DNA from: the human T2T-CHM13v2.0 reference genome, Homo sapiens
DNA length: 64,000 nucleotides
NCBI RefSeq assembly: GCF_009914755.1
Contig: NC_060940.1
Reading direction: 5' to 3' (one strand)
Shown here: in pieces, positions 1-26,047 of the stretch
How the letters are laid out: each line of letters starts with the position of its first letter
How positions within the stretch are numbered: the first letter of the stretch is position 1
The notes under the pieces: model-generated
What the model saw: only the letters and a program-made list of their open reading frames with translations
What the model was told of the DNA's origin: nothing
Database searches by the model: none
Made by a program: the position numbers and the translations under genes

Positions 1-153
1 GCTGCGAATGTGGGAAGATGCGCTGAAATGCCTTTTGTGGCTCTGGCTTCGCTCAGGTATCCATCCAACCTCTAAGTGGAATCCTCTCCTCAGCCAGCCC
101 GCAACACAACCTCAACCTCTCACGCGAGACGCTGGGCCCTTTAATGCGAGTCA

Positions 154-614
<461 letters not shown>

Positions 615-765
615 TCAGTGTGGCCTACGCATCTGGCAGCCCCCCGCGAGACCCAGACAAGGGCTCCCGCCCAGGAGCGCGGACTCGGGAGCCTAGACCC
701 GACCCGATGTCCGCGGATTCCCGCCGCCCACGCAGAGGCCCGCTGCAGCGACCAACAGGACTCAC

Positions 766-816
766 GTGTTTTGTCGGAAAAGAAGAACGAGACCTACTGG
801 GAAGCAGCTTTTATAG
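766..816 (-). promoter_or_regulatory. RPS2: RPS2 TATA box, 5'TOP start site and non-coding exon 1
   Basis: Minus strand TATAAAA at 815-809; pyrimidine tract CTTCTTTTCC starting ~30 nt downstream at 785; donor CAC|GTGAGT after 766. Confidence 0.88.
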
Positions 817-1071
817 CACGCCAAGCGCCGCGAGATCTCCGCAGCCCCGCCCCAAGCGGGAGCGGGCCGAGCTCCTATAAGACAACCTGTGATTGGCTCC
901 GCGGTGCCCCGCCCTCACCGGGCTCTGAGTGCTCTTGCCCGTCCGGCCCCAGCCGCGGCCCGGGAATCTACGTCACCCGAAAAGCGACTATAAACGCCGG
1001 CGCCTCCGTCCCCAGCCGCGGCTCGGGAATCCACCCGAAGAGTGGCTATAAACGTCCGCGCCTCCATTGCG

Positions 1072-1465
1072 CTCTCCTTTTCACTTAGGTAGGTCCTGCC
1101 GCGTTGACCACTGGCGTCTCGCTGGTGGTCTTCGAGACCGGCGTTGGTTGAAAATCGCCCCCGGCTTTGGCCGTGGCCGCGGGTGAGATTCGGCGCCCAG
1201 AGCCCCCGGGGGCCTCAGCTCACCGCGCGCTGCCCCATGTGCGGCGGTGAAACCCAGGCCCCGACAGGCGCTGCCGCCTCCCCCCCGGGTGCGGTCGCTC
1301 GCGAGGTCTGGCCCCTGACTCCTGACCCCGACTGCAGACCCCTAACCTTGTTCTTTCTCCGCAGGACACTGGTCCTCCCACGCCTGACACCGACGTCGCC
1401 AGGACCGCGGGGTTGGGGGAACTTGGCTGTCCCATGTCTTTCAAATAAAGCTGTTTTGTCTAACT
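1072..1465 (+). ncRNA. SNHG9: Small nucleolar RNA host gene 9 (two-exon 5'TOP lncRNA); ends approximate
   Basis: TATAAA 1047-1052, TOP-like tract CTCTCCTTTTC, donor TAG|GTAGGT after 1088, acceptor TTTCTCCGCAG| ending 1364, AATAAA 1444-1449; the intron carries a snoRNA; divergent from RPS2. Confidence 0.88.
1143..1269 (+). ncRNA. SNORA78: H/ACA box snoRNA SNORA78 (ACA64)
   Basis: Intronic two-hairpin RNA; 3' hairpin GGGGCCT...AGGCCCC followed by ACA (1264-1266) plus 3 nt; sequence recognised from memory. Confidence 0.88.
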
Positions 1466-2217
1466 CACTGCATGCGGGTGTTCTTGGGGCCCCGACTCGC
1501 CTATCAGCCTGGCAAGTGCATATGTTCACGCTGTGGCGGGGAGAACCCTAGCGAGATGCCTCCTCTTCTTTCCTGGCTTTGGACACAAGGGTAGGATATG
1601 GGAGGTTGGCAGGTGATGTGTAAGGTCCGACGCCTCTTAAGTGGAGGAGCCAGACTACGAACAGTCTTGTGGCCATGCGCATCTCAAGTGAACTACACTG
1701 GCAGGTAAAATGCCTTGGTCCAAAGGGCTCCAGGTGGAGCCAGCAGAGCACTAGCAAGGATGGGAAGCTCAGAGGCTTCCAGTGGCTTCCTTGTGAGACC
1801 AGGTGAGATTCTAAAGGATTTGACCAACTAGGCCTAGATGAACTCAGCGCCCCCGTGGTGCTAGGCTGGAGTGGATCAGACACCTGGTTTGGGAGGCTGG
1901 GCCCCCTGCTCTGGGGCGGCAGGTTACCCGGGAGTTTAGTTGTCACTGCCGTGGAGCTAGCACCTGAGTATCAGATCCTAAGTGAAGACCCCCAGTGAGT
2001 CAATGCCTAAAACCCCTAAGCCTTAGGATCTCCAGCCACCTGGGCCGCAGTATTGGAGAGAAGAGGGTGGCAATCCCTGTGATCCCACTGAAGCCCTGGC
2101 CTGGGGGAGACAGCTCCATGAAGCTTGGTTCTGACCCAGTGCTTCTGGGGAAACGCTGTCAGCCACTCTCAAGCCCCAGGCGCTTCATAGACCTATCTCA
2201 GGTCAAGAGCTGCTCTC

Positions 2218-2659
<442 letters not shown>

Positions 2660-2838
2660 TACCTGTGATCCTTCAGAGAAGGGGGCAAGGGCTGGGCTGT
2701 ACGGGGTCTCTGGGTCCTGAACCAGGGTTGTGACTGGCTTGAGCTGGACAATGCTATTGTGATGTCAGCCCACACCCACTGTGAAATGCAGGCTCCTGAG
2801 CTCTGGGGGCCTGTGGAGCTGCTGTCTAGACGCAGATC

Positions 2839-4882
2839 ATGGTGAGCCTGGGGCCCTCTTGCTTCCAGCCCTGAGATGTGTGCCCAACTCCAGAAACCTG
2901 CCCAGTTGTCCAGGGATCGACCCCACTCCACTCGGAAAGGGTGGGCAATGGGTTGCAGACCCCCATATGGTACAAGGAAACCTTCTGGAAGGCTCTGGCT
3001 AGGTCTAATTCCAGGCTAAGGCCCCCGTCTCCAGCCAGAGATTAGTAGTCCTGGGGTGGGGGGCCCTAACCCCCACAGCTGCCCCCTCAAAGTGGGCGCT
3101 GAGCCAACCCCTTTACTTGAAGTTCTGTGGCCCACCTCCCTGCCAAAAGCTTGCTGGGCTCTCTTGCTCGGTATGTGGACCAGGGACTGGATCACTGTCC
3201 CAGCCAGGTGCTGACACCTGGCCTTTGCAGGGTGGCGGGTATGATCTCAACCTCTTCGCCAGCCCTCCTGACAGCAACTTCGTGTGCTCCGTCTGCCATG
3301 GGGTTCTCAAGAGGCCAGCAAGGTTGCCATGCAGCCACATCTTCTGCAAAAAGTGCATCCTCCGGTGGCTAGCCAGGTGCCAGCGGGTACCCAAGGGGCT
3401 GGGAGGGCAGGAGTGAGACTGGGGGCCATTGCTGTGGCCCAGAACAGAGGGGAAAGTCAGCCAAAAGACTCAGCCACCAAATCTCCCTAAACTAAAATGT
3501 GTGTACCCTCACTCAGTAGTGTCTGCAGACCCCGGCCCCACCCTCAGAGCTGAGAGCGCCCTGTAATATGCCCTAATGCCTCATCCAGCTAATGAAGGGA
3601 CCACCTGGGTCACCGAGTGAGGGCTTGACCAGGGCTCCCTTCCCACTCCCAACACTCACCCCTACTCATGCCTCCTTCCAGACAAAAGACCTGTCCGTGC
3701 TGTAGGAAAGAGGTGAAAAGGAAAAAGGTTGTCCACATGAATAAACTCCGGAAAACCATTGGCCGCCTGGAAGTCAAGGTAGCTCAAAGTACCCACTCCC
3801 CTGACCCTCAACCCTTCTCACCCTTGTAGGGGTGGGGCAGGGCTAGGAGAGAAGGCAGGAGAATCCCATCTTCAGAGAGAAACAAGTGCAGCCTTGGGAC
3901 GACCAGACATAGCTGAGTTTGGATCGTGGCTCTACTGCTTAGTTGCTGTGTGACTTTAGGCAAGTCACCTAACTTTTCCAAGCCCCTGGGTTAGAAAATG
4001 GAGATTTTAGAGGACTTTTAAAATGGAGATTACAGAGGATTTTTAGAGGATCAAGTGCCCAGTGTGCCTGCCACTACTCTCTAGTCCCCTAGTTTTACAG
4101 ATGGGTAAACCGAGGTTAAAAAGGAAAGCCTGGCATCCATACCACTCACCAGACCAACCCAACTGTGTACCTTCCAGTTCCCCAAGACTCAGGCCTCACC
4201 CTCTCCCCTGGAACTTCTAGCTTCTTCCCACGTCTAGGCATTTGCCCCAGTGTTCTCTCCACCAACTCACCAGAGTCAGAAAAGCGTGGGAGGCTCCCGG
4301 TTCCCTGGTTCCTGGCGAATGGAAAGCCAGGGGTGGGGGATTCCGTGGGTGTCCTGCCCGGTTTCTTCACACGTTCTCCTTCACCCTCAGTGCAAGAACG
4401 CCGACGCTGGCTGCATAGTGACATGCCCCCTGGCCCATCGCAAGGGGCACCAGGACTCATGCCCCTTTGAGCTAACGGCCTGCCCCAACGAGGGCTGCAC
4501 CTCGCAGGTGCCGCGTGGGACCCTGGCAGAGCACCGGCAGCATTGCCAGCAAGGGTCCCAGCAGCGCTGCCCCCTGGGCTGCGGGGCCACCCTGGACCCG
4601 GCCGAGCGTGCTCGCCACAACTGCTACCGGGAGCTGCACAACGCCTGGAGCGTGCGCCAGGAGCGCCGTCGGCCCCTGCTGCTGTCCCTCCTGCGGCGTG
4701 TGCGCTGGCTGGACCAAGCCACCAGTGTCGTTCGTAGAGAGCTGGCGGAGCTCAGCAACTTCCTGGAGGAAGACACCGCTCTGCTGGAGGGTGCCCCACA
4801 GGAGGAGGCCGAGGCTGCCCCAGAAGGCAACGTTGGGGCTGAGGTGGTGGGGGAGCCCAGGGCCAACATACCTTGTAAATAG
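2839..4882 (+). CDS. RNF151: RING finger protein 151 (RING + TRAF-type zinc finger), 245 aa
   Basis: Exons 2839-2841 (ATG only, then GTGAG), 3231-3376, 3682-3778, 4391-4882; total 738 nt; C3HC4 RING CSVC...CSHIFCKKC...CPCC; AATAAA 4886-4891. Confidence 0.96.
3890..4130. mobile_element. MIR fragments in RNF151 intron 3
   Basis: MIR core-like GCTGTGTGACTTTAGGCAAGTCACCTAAC and TTTTACAGATGGGTAAACCGAGG. Confidence 0.6.
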
Positions 4883-5004
4883 GTAAATAAAAGCAGACCC
4901 CCGGCCTGCCTGCCTCTGTGCCTGCGGCCCTCACAACTGTCACCGGTGCATCCCTGCTGCCCTCTCCAGGCATTTGCCTGCTCTCTTTCATCTTTTCTTT
5001 TTCA

Positions 5005-7618
<2,614 letters not shown>

Positions 7619-8123
7619 TGAGATTACCCGGTTTATTCATTTACCTACGTTATTTATCAAGAGCCACACTGCGAGCCCAGGGGCAGGGTCAGGTTGACGG
7701 CTCTACGCACGGACCGCACCCGACAGCTGGTACCCCCACATCCCAGAACGCCGAAAAGCAGGAGTAAACGCTGGCTACAAATGCCTTTTTATACTGGTAT
7801 CAAAGAGCCAGGCCACCAGCGATGCCACATCCGCCGGTCTACCCCCACCGACCCGCGAAGCACCCTCACAGCTCACGGCCCTCCCTCCAGGCCGGAAACG
7901 TCTCCGCCCGCTTCCGCTTCCCGATGCAGCCGCCACTGCCCGAAGCAAAGATGGCGCCAAGTGCGCGGCGCCGGCGGGGACGTCACAGTGGTCGCGCGCG
8001 GTGACGCCATCGCAGCGCGCCGGGAGTGTGGTGTTCTGTGAAGAGTTCGGTGCTAACCTCCCTCACGCGGCGGTGGCTGCCGGGACCCTAGCAGGTTTCA
8101 GCTGGAGCGGCGGCGGCGGCAAC

Positions 8124-14643
<6,520 letters not shown>

Positions 14644-15009
14644 CCGGTCCGGCCTCTCTCCAGTCCATCCTGAACCCCTGGAAAACCCATAAAGGCCGCT
14701 CTCCTGGCCGGCTCTGTCTCTCTGGACTGCAGTCCAGCCCCCCACCCTGGCCAACACCCTACCTAGCCAGCCAGAAGGGCACTGGAGCGGATGGTCTCGG
14801 CCCTGCCACGCCCATCCCGCACCCTGGCCTGGCAGAGCTCCAGCCCGCGGCTCCGCACGCTTAGACGGTGAGGGTCATGCAGAACAAGCTTTACTCAGAG
14901 GAACAGCAAATGGCCCCCTCCCATCCCTGCTGGCCAGGGAGATCCGCCCTCCCCGCTCCTCCCCAGCCCTGGGATGGCGCGGTCCATCCCCTCATCGGGA
15001 TCCTCGCGC

Positions 15010-17137
15010 TCACTGCTCCGTCGTGGGGTGCGGCACAGAGTCCACGCACCCTCGAGGGCGGCCCTGGCGCCGTGGGCGCCGCTCCAGGGCCCTGCGTGTG
15101 ACGGTGCAACAGCGGCTCTGGATGGCGCCCGGCGAAGGTCGGGTGGGCACGGTGGGGGGAGGGGCGGTGGCCTGGGAGGGTTCAGGGAAGCCCCGGGCCT
15201 CACCCGCCGGGTCGTCTCCTCCACGGAACCCCGTCCCGCTCAGGAGAGCGCCCAGCCCTTCCGGCCGCAGCAGCACCGCGGGGAGTAGGCCCGCCCGGTC
15301 GCCGTACCTGCGAGGGGCGGGGTGTGGTTAGGGCCCCGCCCGCCTCGGCTAGCCTGCCCTGCCCACGCACGCTCCCGCGTACCTGCATAGCCACCAGCCG
15401 CGGTCTGACGTTTCCAACACGCGCACGCGCGCCCCCGCGGGCACGGACAGCTCATCTGCGCGGCTGCTCTCGTAGGCGCGGGAAGCACAGAACTGGGGAC
15501 CTGGTGGGAGTGGGTGTTTGGAGTCACCGCGGGGCCACAGAGGACGAGGCCCGCCCGCACCCTTCTCCACATTCTCCTTGCTTGAGTCTGCTGACGGCGG
15601 GGCCGCTCTAAGACCGGTTCGGGGCTTCCTCTAGGTGCGGAGACCAAGCACGGGCTCCTGGCCCGCCCTGCCCGCGGTGTTTCTGGCCCAGTCTTGCCAC
15701 ACGGTCAAGCCGCAGTGGTGGCGTGAGGGGTGGGGTTAGGCGCACACCGCTGCTCCCTAGGGACGGGCCTCCCTCCCGGCCTTGGCCCGGGGCCGCCTCC
15801 TCCAGGTAGGGCGCTGGAAACCAGGCGGTCTGCCGGTCTTCGTTCTCCACCAGCCACCAGCCTGTGCGCAAGAAGCGGGCAGGGACTCAAATCTCGAGGC
15901 TCCCTCGGGTCCAGGAGCAGAGGAGCAAATCCCTGGGTTCTTGGGGGGCCCTACCTGAGGGGTGCCGCAGCAGCACGTCCAGGCTCTCCTGGGCCTGCGC
16001 CTGAAAAGGCCTATCCCGCGTGTCCTGGGTACAGAAGGGCTGCAGGCAGCGCAGGCTCTGAGCCTCCAGACTGTGGATGGAGAGGCGGCCCGCAGCGCGA
16101 GAAAGAGGCTGCTCCTCTGGGGTGGGCAGGATCACCCGGCTGGGAAGGGCAGCCCGTACGAGTGAGAGGTAGGCGGATGGGGAGGGTGAAACTGGGGGCG
16201 CCACCCCGGCAAGACCGCCAGCCTCCCACTCTCTGCCCCTATTCGCTGGCTGTTCCCCCCCACCCTGGACCTCTCCCAGCTCCAAACGCCGCTGCATGCT
16301 GGGAGTTTGGGGCGAGTCAGGCACCTGCCGGGTGGCAGCGCGGGCTCCAGGTCCAGGGGTTGCGGTGCGAAGAAGCCAGTGATCGTCGGGCTCCGTGCCA
16401 CGCGCTCTGCAGTCGCCAGCAGCCTCCGAGAATAGGTTTCCAACAGCTGCAGGCGCGCCAGGCCGCGGCTCGTGCGCCCCACGCGTCCCAACAGTGGTGC
16501 ATCTTAAGGCACCACAAAAACGTACTGTGATACGCCGCTTTGGGCTTCACTGGTCCCTGGCGCCCCCAGGCAAGCCACCGCCTTCCCCGCTCCCGTACCC
16601 AGGCTGGCCTGACCGAGAAGCTTTGGGAGAACGCGGTCAGATCTCCGCAGCAGGCCCGCCTCCACCGGGAAGGTCTCCTTGAGGGTCTTCTGAGGGCGGG
16701 AACCAGGGCATTGGTCTTCCAGAGCCCACTGTGCACCCTTGAGAGGGCGGGGTCCCTCACCCGGATGGCAGGGGCTGGGAGCTTCAGCAGGGACGAAGGG
16801 CCTCCAGTGGGAGTCACTGATGGGAGGCAGTCCAGTGGGAGGCAGCCGCGTGGGGAAGCCGCCACCGCGGCATCAGGGTGGCCCAGGGTCACTCACCTTG
16901 AGCTGCCTGAATTCGTCCCAACTCCTGCGCACGAAGGTGTCGCTGCCGTCTGACCAGCGCACAGAGAAGGCAAACGTCTGGGGGACAAAAAGTTGGGAGT
17001 GCCGTGGAGGTGCTGGTCCAGGCACCCCCTTCCTATCCCTTGGGGCCACTAAGGACCCAGCCAGGTCTTACTTGGAGCCTCTTGATCTGCACCAGGGCTG
17101 CCCCTTGCACTGAAACTGGGTATCGGGGGCCTGCCAT
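15010..17137 (-). CDS. NOXO1: NADPH oxidase organizer 1 (PX + two SH3 + Pro-rich), beta form 371 aa
   Basis: Exons 17137-17072, 16977-16897, 16689-16614, 16502-16325, 16139-15955, 15861-15748, 15500-15383, 15307-15010; 1116 nt; SH3 motifs GWWLV...WFPAPYL and GWWLCR...GLLP. Confidence 0.97.
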
Positions 17138-18589
17138 GGCTGTGGCTTCCAGGCTGCAGATTCCTGAAATGGGCGAGGACCCTTCTGCCTCCCCGTGCTT
17201 GAGAGGGCTCTGGGGGACCCAGAAAACCCCCTGGGATAGAATCCTGGCAACACCTCAAGCCTGTGGGGTCCTTGTGGAGCCGCCCCAGCTGAGTCCTTTG
17301 CAGCTTTCTTGCTGTCCCCCAAGCCCACGATCTGGGGGCAGGAGCACAGGGATTGGGGGACCTCCAGGCAGAGCTGCTGGGAGGAAGAAGAAGAATGAGC
17401 TTTCCAGCCCTGGAGGCGTGCAAGACTGAAGAAGGGGCGAAGGGTAGGCGGGACTGCTGCCTGGGGCCCTCCTGCCTGCCTCTGGCCACAGGAGGAGGGA
17501 GGAGAAGGCAGGGCTAATCAAAGCGCCACCTGTCTGGATTCCCCTACCCTGTGAGGTAATTGCCCTGCCAGGGTGCGCCCAACAACTTTGAACTGGCCTG
17601 GGGATTTCTGTGCAGAACCAAGAACTCAGTGCTTACAGCTTTAAGTGCTTTGTCTGACTTAATCCTAATGCTGGAGGAAAGGTCTCTTAATGTCCCCAAC
17701 TCATAGAGGAGGAAATGTGTGTTAAATGCGTAATTATTGTGAGCTTTTCTATACATGCTGGGGGAGGGGCAGACCTCACAGGCTCACCCCAGGGGTTCCC
17801 CTGCAGTGAGGAGACTTGGGGTAGGAGAAAGAGGGCCCATCTGTGCAGTCACTGGCATTTGGTGGGTGGGGGTGGTGGTCAGGGAAGTGGTCACTAGGGC
17901 TGTTTTGAGAACCACCTCTCAATTCACGATTTGCCATGACTTACTGCAAACATGGCCTGGGCAGAGGCTCGCCCAGGTGCCCCACCTCTCTGGCTGCTTC
18001 CTTATAGTTTGGGCTTCGGAAGCCACATTCAACCCTGGCACACAGTGGTTTTTCCTCGTGCTGGGGCCACCAGTTCTGTGTTGGGATGCACCTACTCCAG
18101 CCCCTTCAGGGAGCAGTCAGCCTCTAAGGCATCCCTCCAGGAAGCTGCCCTGGCTGCAACAAAGGGCCTTTGTGTGTCTGTCCCACCAGCACTCTCTCTC
18201 AGGCCCTCAAGCTGTCCCTGGTCTTGGCATGGGCAATGAACACCTGCTCACATAGGGCTGATTTGCAGGGTTCCCCCAGCCAGCTGTCACCTTCTCCCTG
18301 TCTCAGCTGAGGGCCCAGCTGACCTGGTGGGGTCCAGCGTGTGAACCCAGGAGAGACCTTGCTCCCCTGGAAGACAGGAGAAGCTGGGGAGGATTTATTC
18401 ACAAGCAGAGGCCTAGAGGGATTCTGAGGCCACCTGCCTACCCCAGCTGACAGCTCCTGCCCCACACCCCATCAGCCCTGCATGGTTTCCACTTTTTCCT
18501 CCCCTACCCTCTTTTCTTGCCTGAATAGTACACCCCACCCTCCATCTGTATGCTCCTCACTTGCCCCTACAAAATCCACTCCAAGGACA

Positions 18590-18878
18590 GACACAGTGCC
18601 TCACCTGTAATCCAAGTACTTTGGGAGGCCGAGGCAGGGGGATTGCTTGAGCTCAGGAGTTCGAGACCAGTCTGGGCAACATGTTGAGACCTCCATCTAT
18701 GCCCCCCAAAAATACAAAAATTAGCTGGGCGTGGTGGCGTGTGCCTGTAGTCTACTTGGGAGGCTGAGGTGGGAGATCACTTGAGCCTAAGCAGTCGCGG
18801 CTGCAGTGAACAAGATCGCGCCACTGCACTCCACCCTGGGTAACGGAACAAGACCCTGTCTCAAAAACAAAAAAGAAA
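18590..18878 (+). mobile_element. Old sense Alu (AluJ-like)
   Basis: Diverged Alu with GGATTGCTTGAGCTCAGGAGTTCGAG and A-rich tail. Confidence 0.88.
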
Positions 18879-19429
18879 TCCACTCCCCATATGATAGCCA
18901 GCGGAATCTGCAGCAAACTGAAATGGGATCAGATTGGGTAACCTTGCCCAAAACTGTCTAGCATCTTCCCTCCTACCGTTATAATAAATTCCCAATCCCC
19001 GAAGCTGCCGACCAAGTCTTTGGTGGGCCCCTGTCCGTCCCTGGATCTCCCCTCCCACCTTACAACCCTCCCTAGCGTCCCACTGGCGTTTTTGTTCCTG
19101 CAAAATGCCAAGACCCTGCCACCTTGGGCTTGGTCTCGAAGGCGCTCCTCAGCTGATTCCTCATCCTTCAGAAAGGGTCACCTCCTCAAGGAGGCCTTCC
19201 AGATTTACTACACCCTTGCATGGACCCACCAGTTTGTACGTGAACATTTATGAGTGTGAGTCCTTGTTTTTTTTTCCTGTCTTGACCACTGGATTATGAA
19301 CAGAGAAGGTCGGGGAGCAGAATTGTGTTCCCTGCTCTGCCCAGCACTTGGAACAGCGCTTGGAACAGAGCGATCACTGCGCAAATAATAGCGGAATGGA
19401 TAAATGAACGCAAGGAGGCACAGGAATCC

Positions 19430-21973
<2,544 letters not shown>

Positions 21974-22037
21974 AGGGTGGTCAGCCAGAGCTCATGGGAC
22001 AGCTAGCCAGGCATGGTTGGATAGGGGCAGGGCACTC

Positions 22038-23675
22038 ATTAAAGTGCATCACAGCCAGAGCCTGTTGTGTCTCAGTTGGGTGGTCCCCAGGACACTGCCT
22101 GTGGGGACCTGCCCTGCCCCTCTTAGGTTTGGAGCAGAAGTGGAGGTGCCCACAGCAGGTACCCACTGGCCCCCTCCTCAGTGGAGACCCCAAGGAGCTG
22201 CAGCTGAACTGCAGGGGAGGGAAGGAGGAGCAGCCTGGGCTGCCCCTTGACATTCAGGATGTAGCTTCCTGCCCACCGCATACCCTGGCGCCTCACTCCT
22301 CACACGGGAAGACAGCGGGCCTGGCTGGGCATCCCTGTGCCTGTCCCTGGCGGCCAGGCCATTGCCTTCCCACTATGCAGCCAGGGATGCCCCTGCCCCC
22401 CATGGCTCTGTGCTGCTCACTTTAGGGGGCTCAATTCTCCACTCTGCTCAGTCCCTACAGGGAAAGCTCAGGTCGGGTCTTTCTGAGGGTCCACCAGCCA
22501 TCCTACCCTCTCCCTGCCTGGCACATGCCTGCCAGCGTTGTGTCATGCCTGTCCACAGGGGATTCGTGGGGCTCACTTCATCAGAGTTTGAAGCCCAAAT
22601 GAAACGCTGAAGTGACTGAGAACCTGGCTTCAGTATATTTTCTGCTGGGGCTTAATAAAGCAGTAGACAGGGCTTGTTCCATCCCTCTGTGCTCAGCTGC
22701 ATTTCCTGCTGGGGTCCTGGTTCCTCAGGAGAGAGAGACCACAGGGTGAGAGTGAGCCAGGAACAGCAAGGACGTTGATTGGTTGGGGCAGGGGGGCCAG
22801 AGTAGCTGATGTAGGAGTACTGGGAGGCCAGACGGCACGAGGTCTCCAAGGCCCCAGCAAAGCCATGGCTTCTACCCCTAGTTCCCCTGACAGGAAGTTC
22901 TTGGCGGGTTTGGAGCCAGGGGATGGCATGGAGTGATGTGGCTTTGAAGGGTCCTCTGGCTGCTGAGCTGGGATGAGGCAGGTAAGGGTGGAACAGGAGG
23001 GGTGGGGAGGAAGCCGGGGCAGTCACCGAGTGACCACCAAGAGGAAGACCCGCCCCACGGCGGGGACAGATGCGGGGTACGTTAAAGGGAGAGCCAGAGA
23101 ACTCATGGGGTGAGGATGGAGTCCGAGGAGACTGCTGGGAGCCGCCGTGTGGGTCAGAGATGGAGAAGGCTGAGTGCAGCAAGGTGGGGGGTGACTGGGA
23201 CCCAGCCTTTGGGCCTCCCCAGCCAGAGCAGCCCAGCAACAGTGTGTCCTGTGGTCATAAAACTCCAGGGACCTCTATCCTCCAGGAGTCTCAGCCTTTC
23301 CCTGGGCGCAGGCCCACCTTGGCATGGCCGCCTCAGGCCTCCATGGAGGGAGCTGCTATGTCCCCACCAGATTGGCCCCGTGCGGCTGCTGGCTTCTGTA
23401 GAGGCTGCCCAGAGGGGCCAGGTGGCACAAATAAGAGAGGGGAGATGGGGGGCAGCCAGGAGAGGAGGTGTCCCTTCCTCGCCCAGACACAGCGCGCTTC
23501 TCTCTGGCCTTTCCCGAGGCCTGTGAGTGCCTCAGGAAGCAGCTGGGCCCTCTGGGAAGGCTGTGTTCAGCTTAGGAACATACCGCCTGTATCTGCTGTC
23601 CCTCCCCTGCCCCCCTGCCCCCCCCACCGCCTTCCCTTTTTCCCTGTCTTCCTTAAAGTTTCACTCCTGAATAAA
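22038..23675 (+). terminator. GFER: Three candidate GFER poly(A) signals
   Basis: ATTAAA 22038-22043, AATAAA 22654-22659, AATAAA 23670-23675. Confidence 0.7.
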
Positions 23676-23698
23676 ACTTCACTTTGCCTTAGAATCTG

Positions 23699-24532
<834 letters not shown>

Positions 24533-25940
24533 TGAGTCGACAGCAGCATCAGACTTGCCCTTGGGATTGGCACGGAGAGGTCAGTGGCAACCTTGAGTTT
24601 AGGTGGCGGTGGGAGCTGATTCTGCCGGGTCAGAGGGAGAGAGAGGAGGGTGTTGCAGGCAGAGTTTGCTGCTAAAGGAAGCAGTAACGTAAGGCAGCTG
24701 GAGGGGAGGTGGGGTCAACAGTGTTTGGCTTTTAGGAGAAAGTGCAGCATGTCTGGGTGCTGATGTTAGTGATGAAGTAGAGAATGAATGACACAGAGGG
24801 GAGGTCTGTGGCCAACAGGTGAGAGGGGTTGTGATCGGACGCACAGTGTGATGGACTTGGAACACAGTGAGTAGCGCCTCTGGCAACACCTGCTCTGCCC
24901 ACCTGTGCCCAGCAAGGCTGAAGAATGAGCTCCAGGGGGGCTGGGCCACGCAGCACCATCTGTGCACCCGGCTCGTGTAGCAGGGACCTGGGTTGCTTAT
25001 TATCTGAAGTACAGGGTGGTAACAGTCTCCGCCACTACACAGGTCAAGCGCTTGGCGCTGTAAATGTCAGTGCAGACATCTCAGTGCTCTAGACAGAAAC
25101 CTAGGAGTCATCTGAACTTCCAGCCTGCTAGGAACATGAGGAGAGGGACCTTGTTGCACCCAAGGCTGGGGTCTGTGGAGGGGACTCAGCGGGACACAGG
25201 GCAGCCAGGCACCACCCCCACCCGACTCCTAGTCTCTGATGCCGCTCCCTGCCCTCCATTCCAGACTAGGCGCCGCAAGTACGCTGGGGAGACCCAGGAG
25301 TAGGGAGGGCATTGGGAGCACCACCACCTGGCCACGGGCAAGGAGCGGAGACACCGAAACCAACACTCCCAGCGGCGCTGGCCACGGTGGCTCTGTCCCC
25401 TCCCTCAACAGGTGCTCCTGGGGCCAACGCCTTTCTTCCCACCAGATCCTCCCCGCCAGAGGCTAGAAGCTGTGATAGCAGCTAGAGCACAGTGGGGGGC
25501 CATGAGAAAGACCCCAGTTATCCATCTGGTCTTCTTGGGACCAGGGCCAGGGAGCCGGTCCCCTCTCCCGTGGGTTGGGGGAAGATGCTGCAGCCCGTGG
25601 ACCTCCTACCCCTTTACTCCCTCACCCAAGTGCCCTTCCCAGAGGAGCGGACTCCTCCTGTCTGTCCTCCCGGCTCTAGCAAAGTCTGCGCCCAGCACCC
25701 GAGCCCCACCCTGCCCCCGGGGACCTGGCTGGTGGGTTCCTGAGGATGGTCTCCATCTCGGGACCGGGGCAGGCAGGTGAGGGTGGGGGATGGGAGGTGG
25801 GCGCGGCGGAGGGAGAGGAGGGACCCGGCCCCGCGCGCATGGACCCAGTGGGGGGCGCGGGCGCGGCCCCGCCCCGTCCCGCGCGTCCCCGCCGCGGCCG
25901 GCGCGCGCTCCCGGGAGGCGGCAGCGGCTGCAGCGTTGGT

Positions 25941-25976
25941 AGCATCAGCATCAGCATCAGCGGCAGCGGCAGCGGC
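25941..25976 (+). repeat. (AGCATC)3(AGCGGC)3 compound hexamer repeat in the SYNGR3 5' region
   Basis: Read directly from the sequence. Confidence 0.9.
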
Positions 25977-26047
25977 CTCGGGCGGGGCCGGCCGGACGGA
26001 CAGGCGGACAGAAGGCGCCAGGGGCGCGCGTCCCGCCCGGGCCGGCC

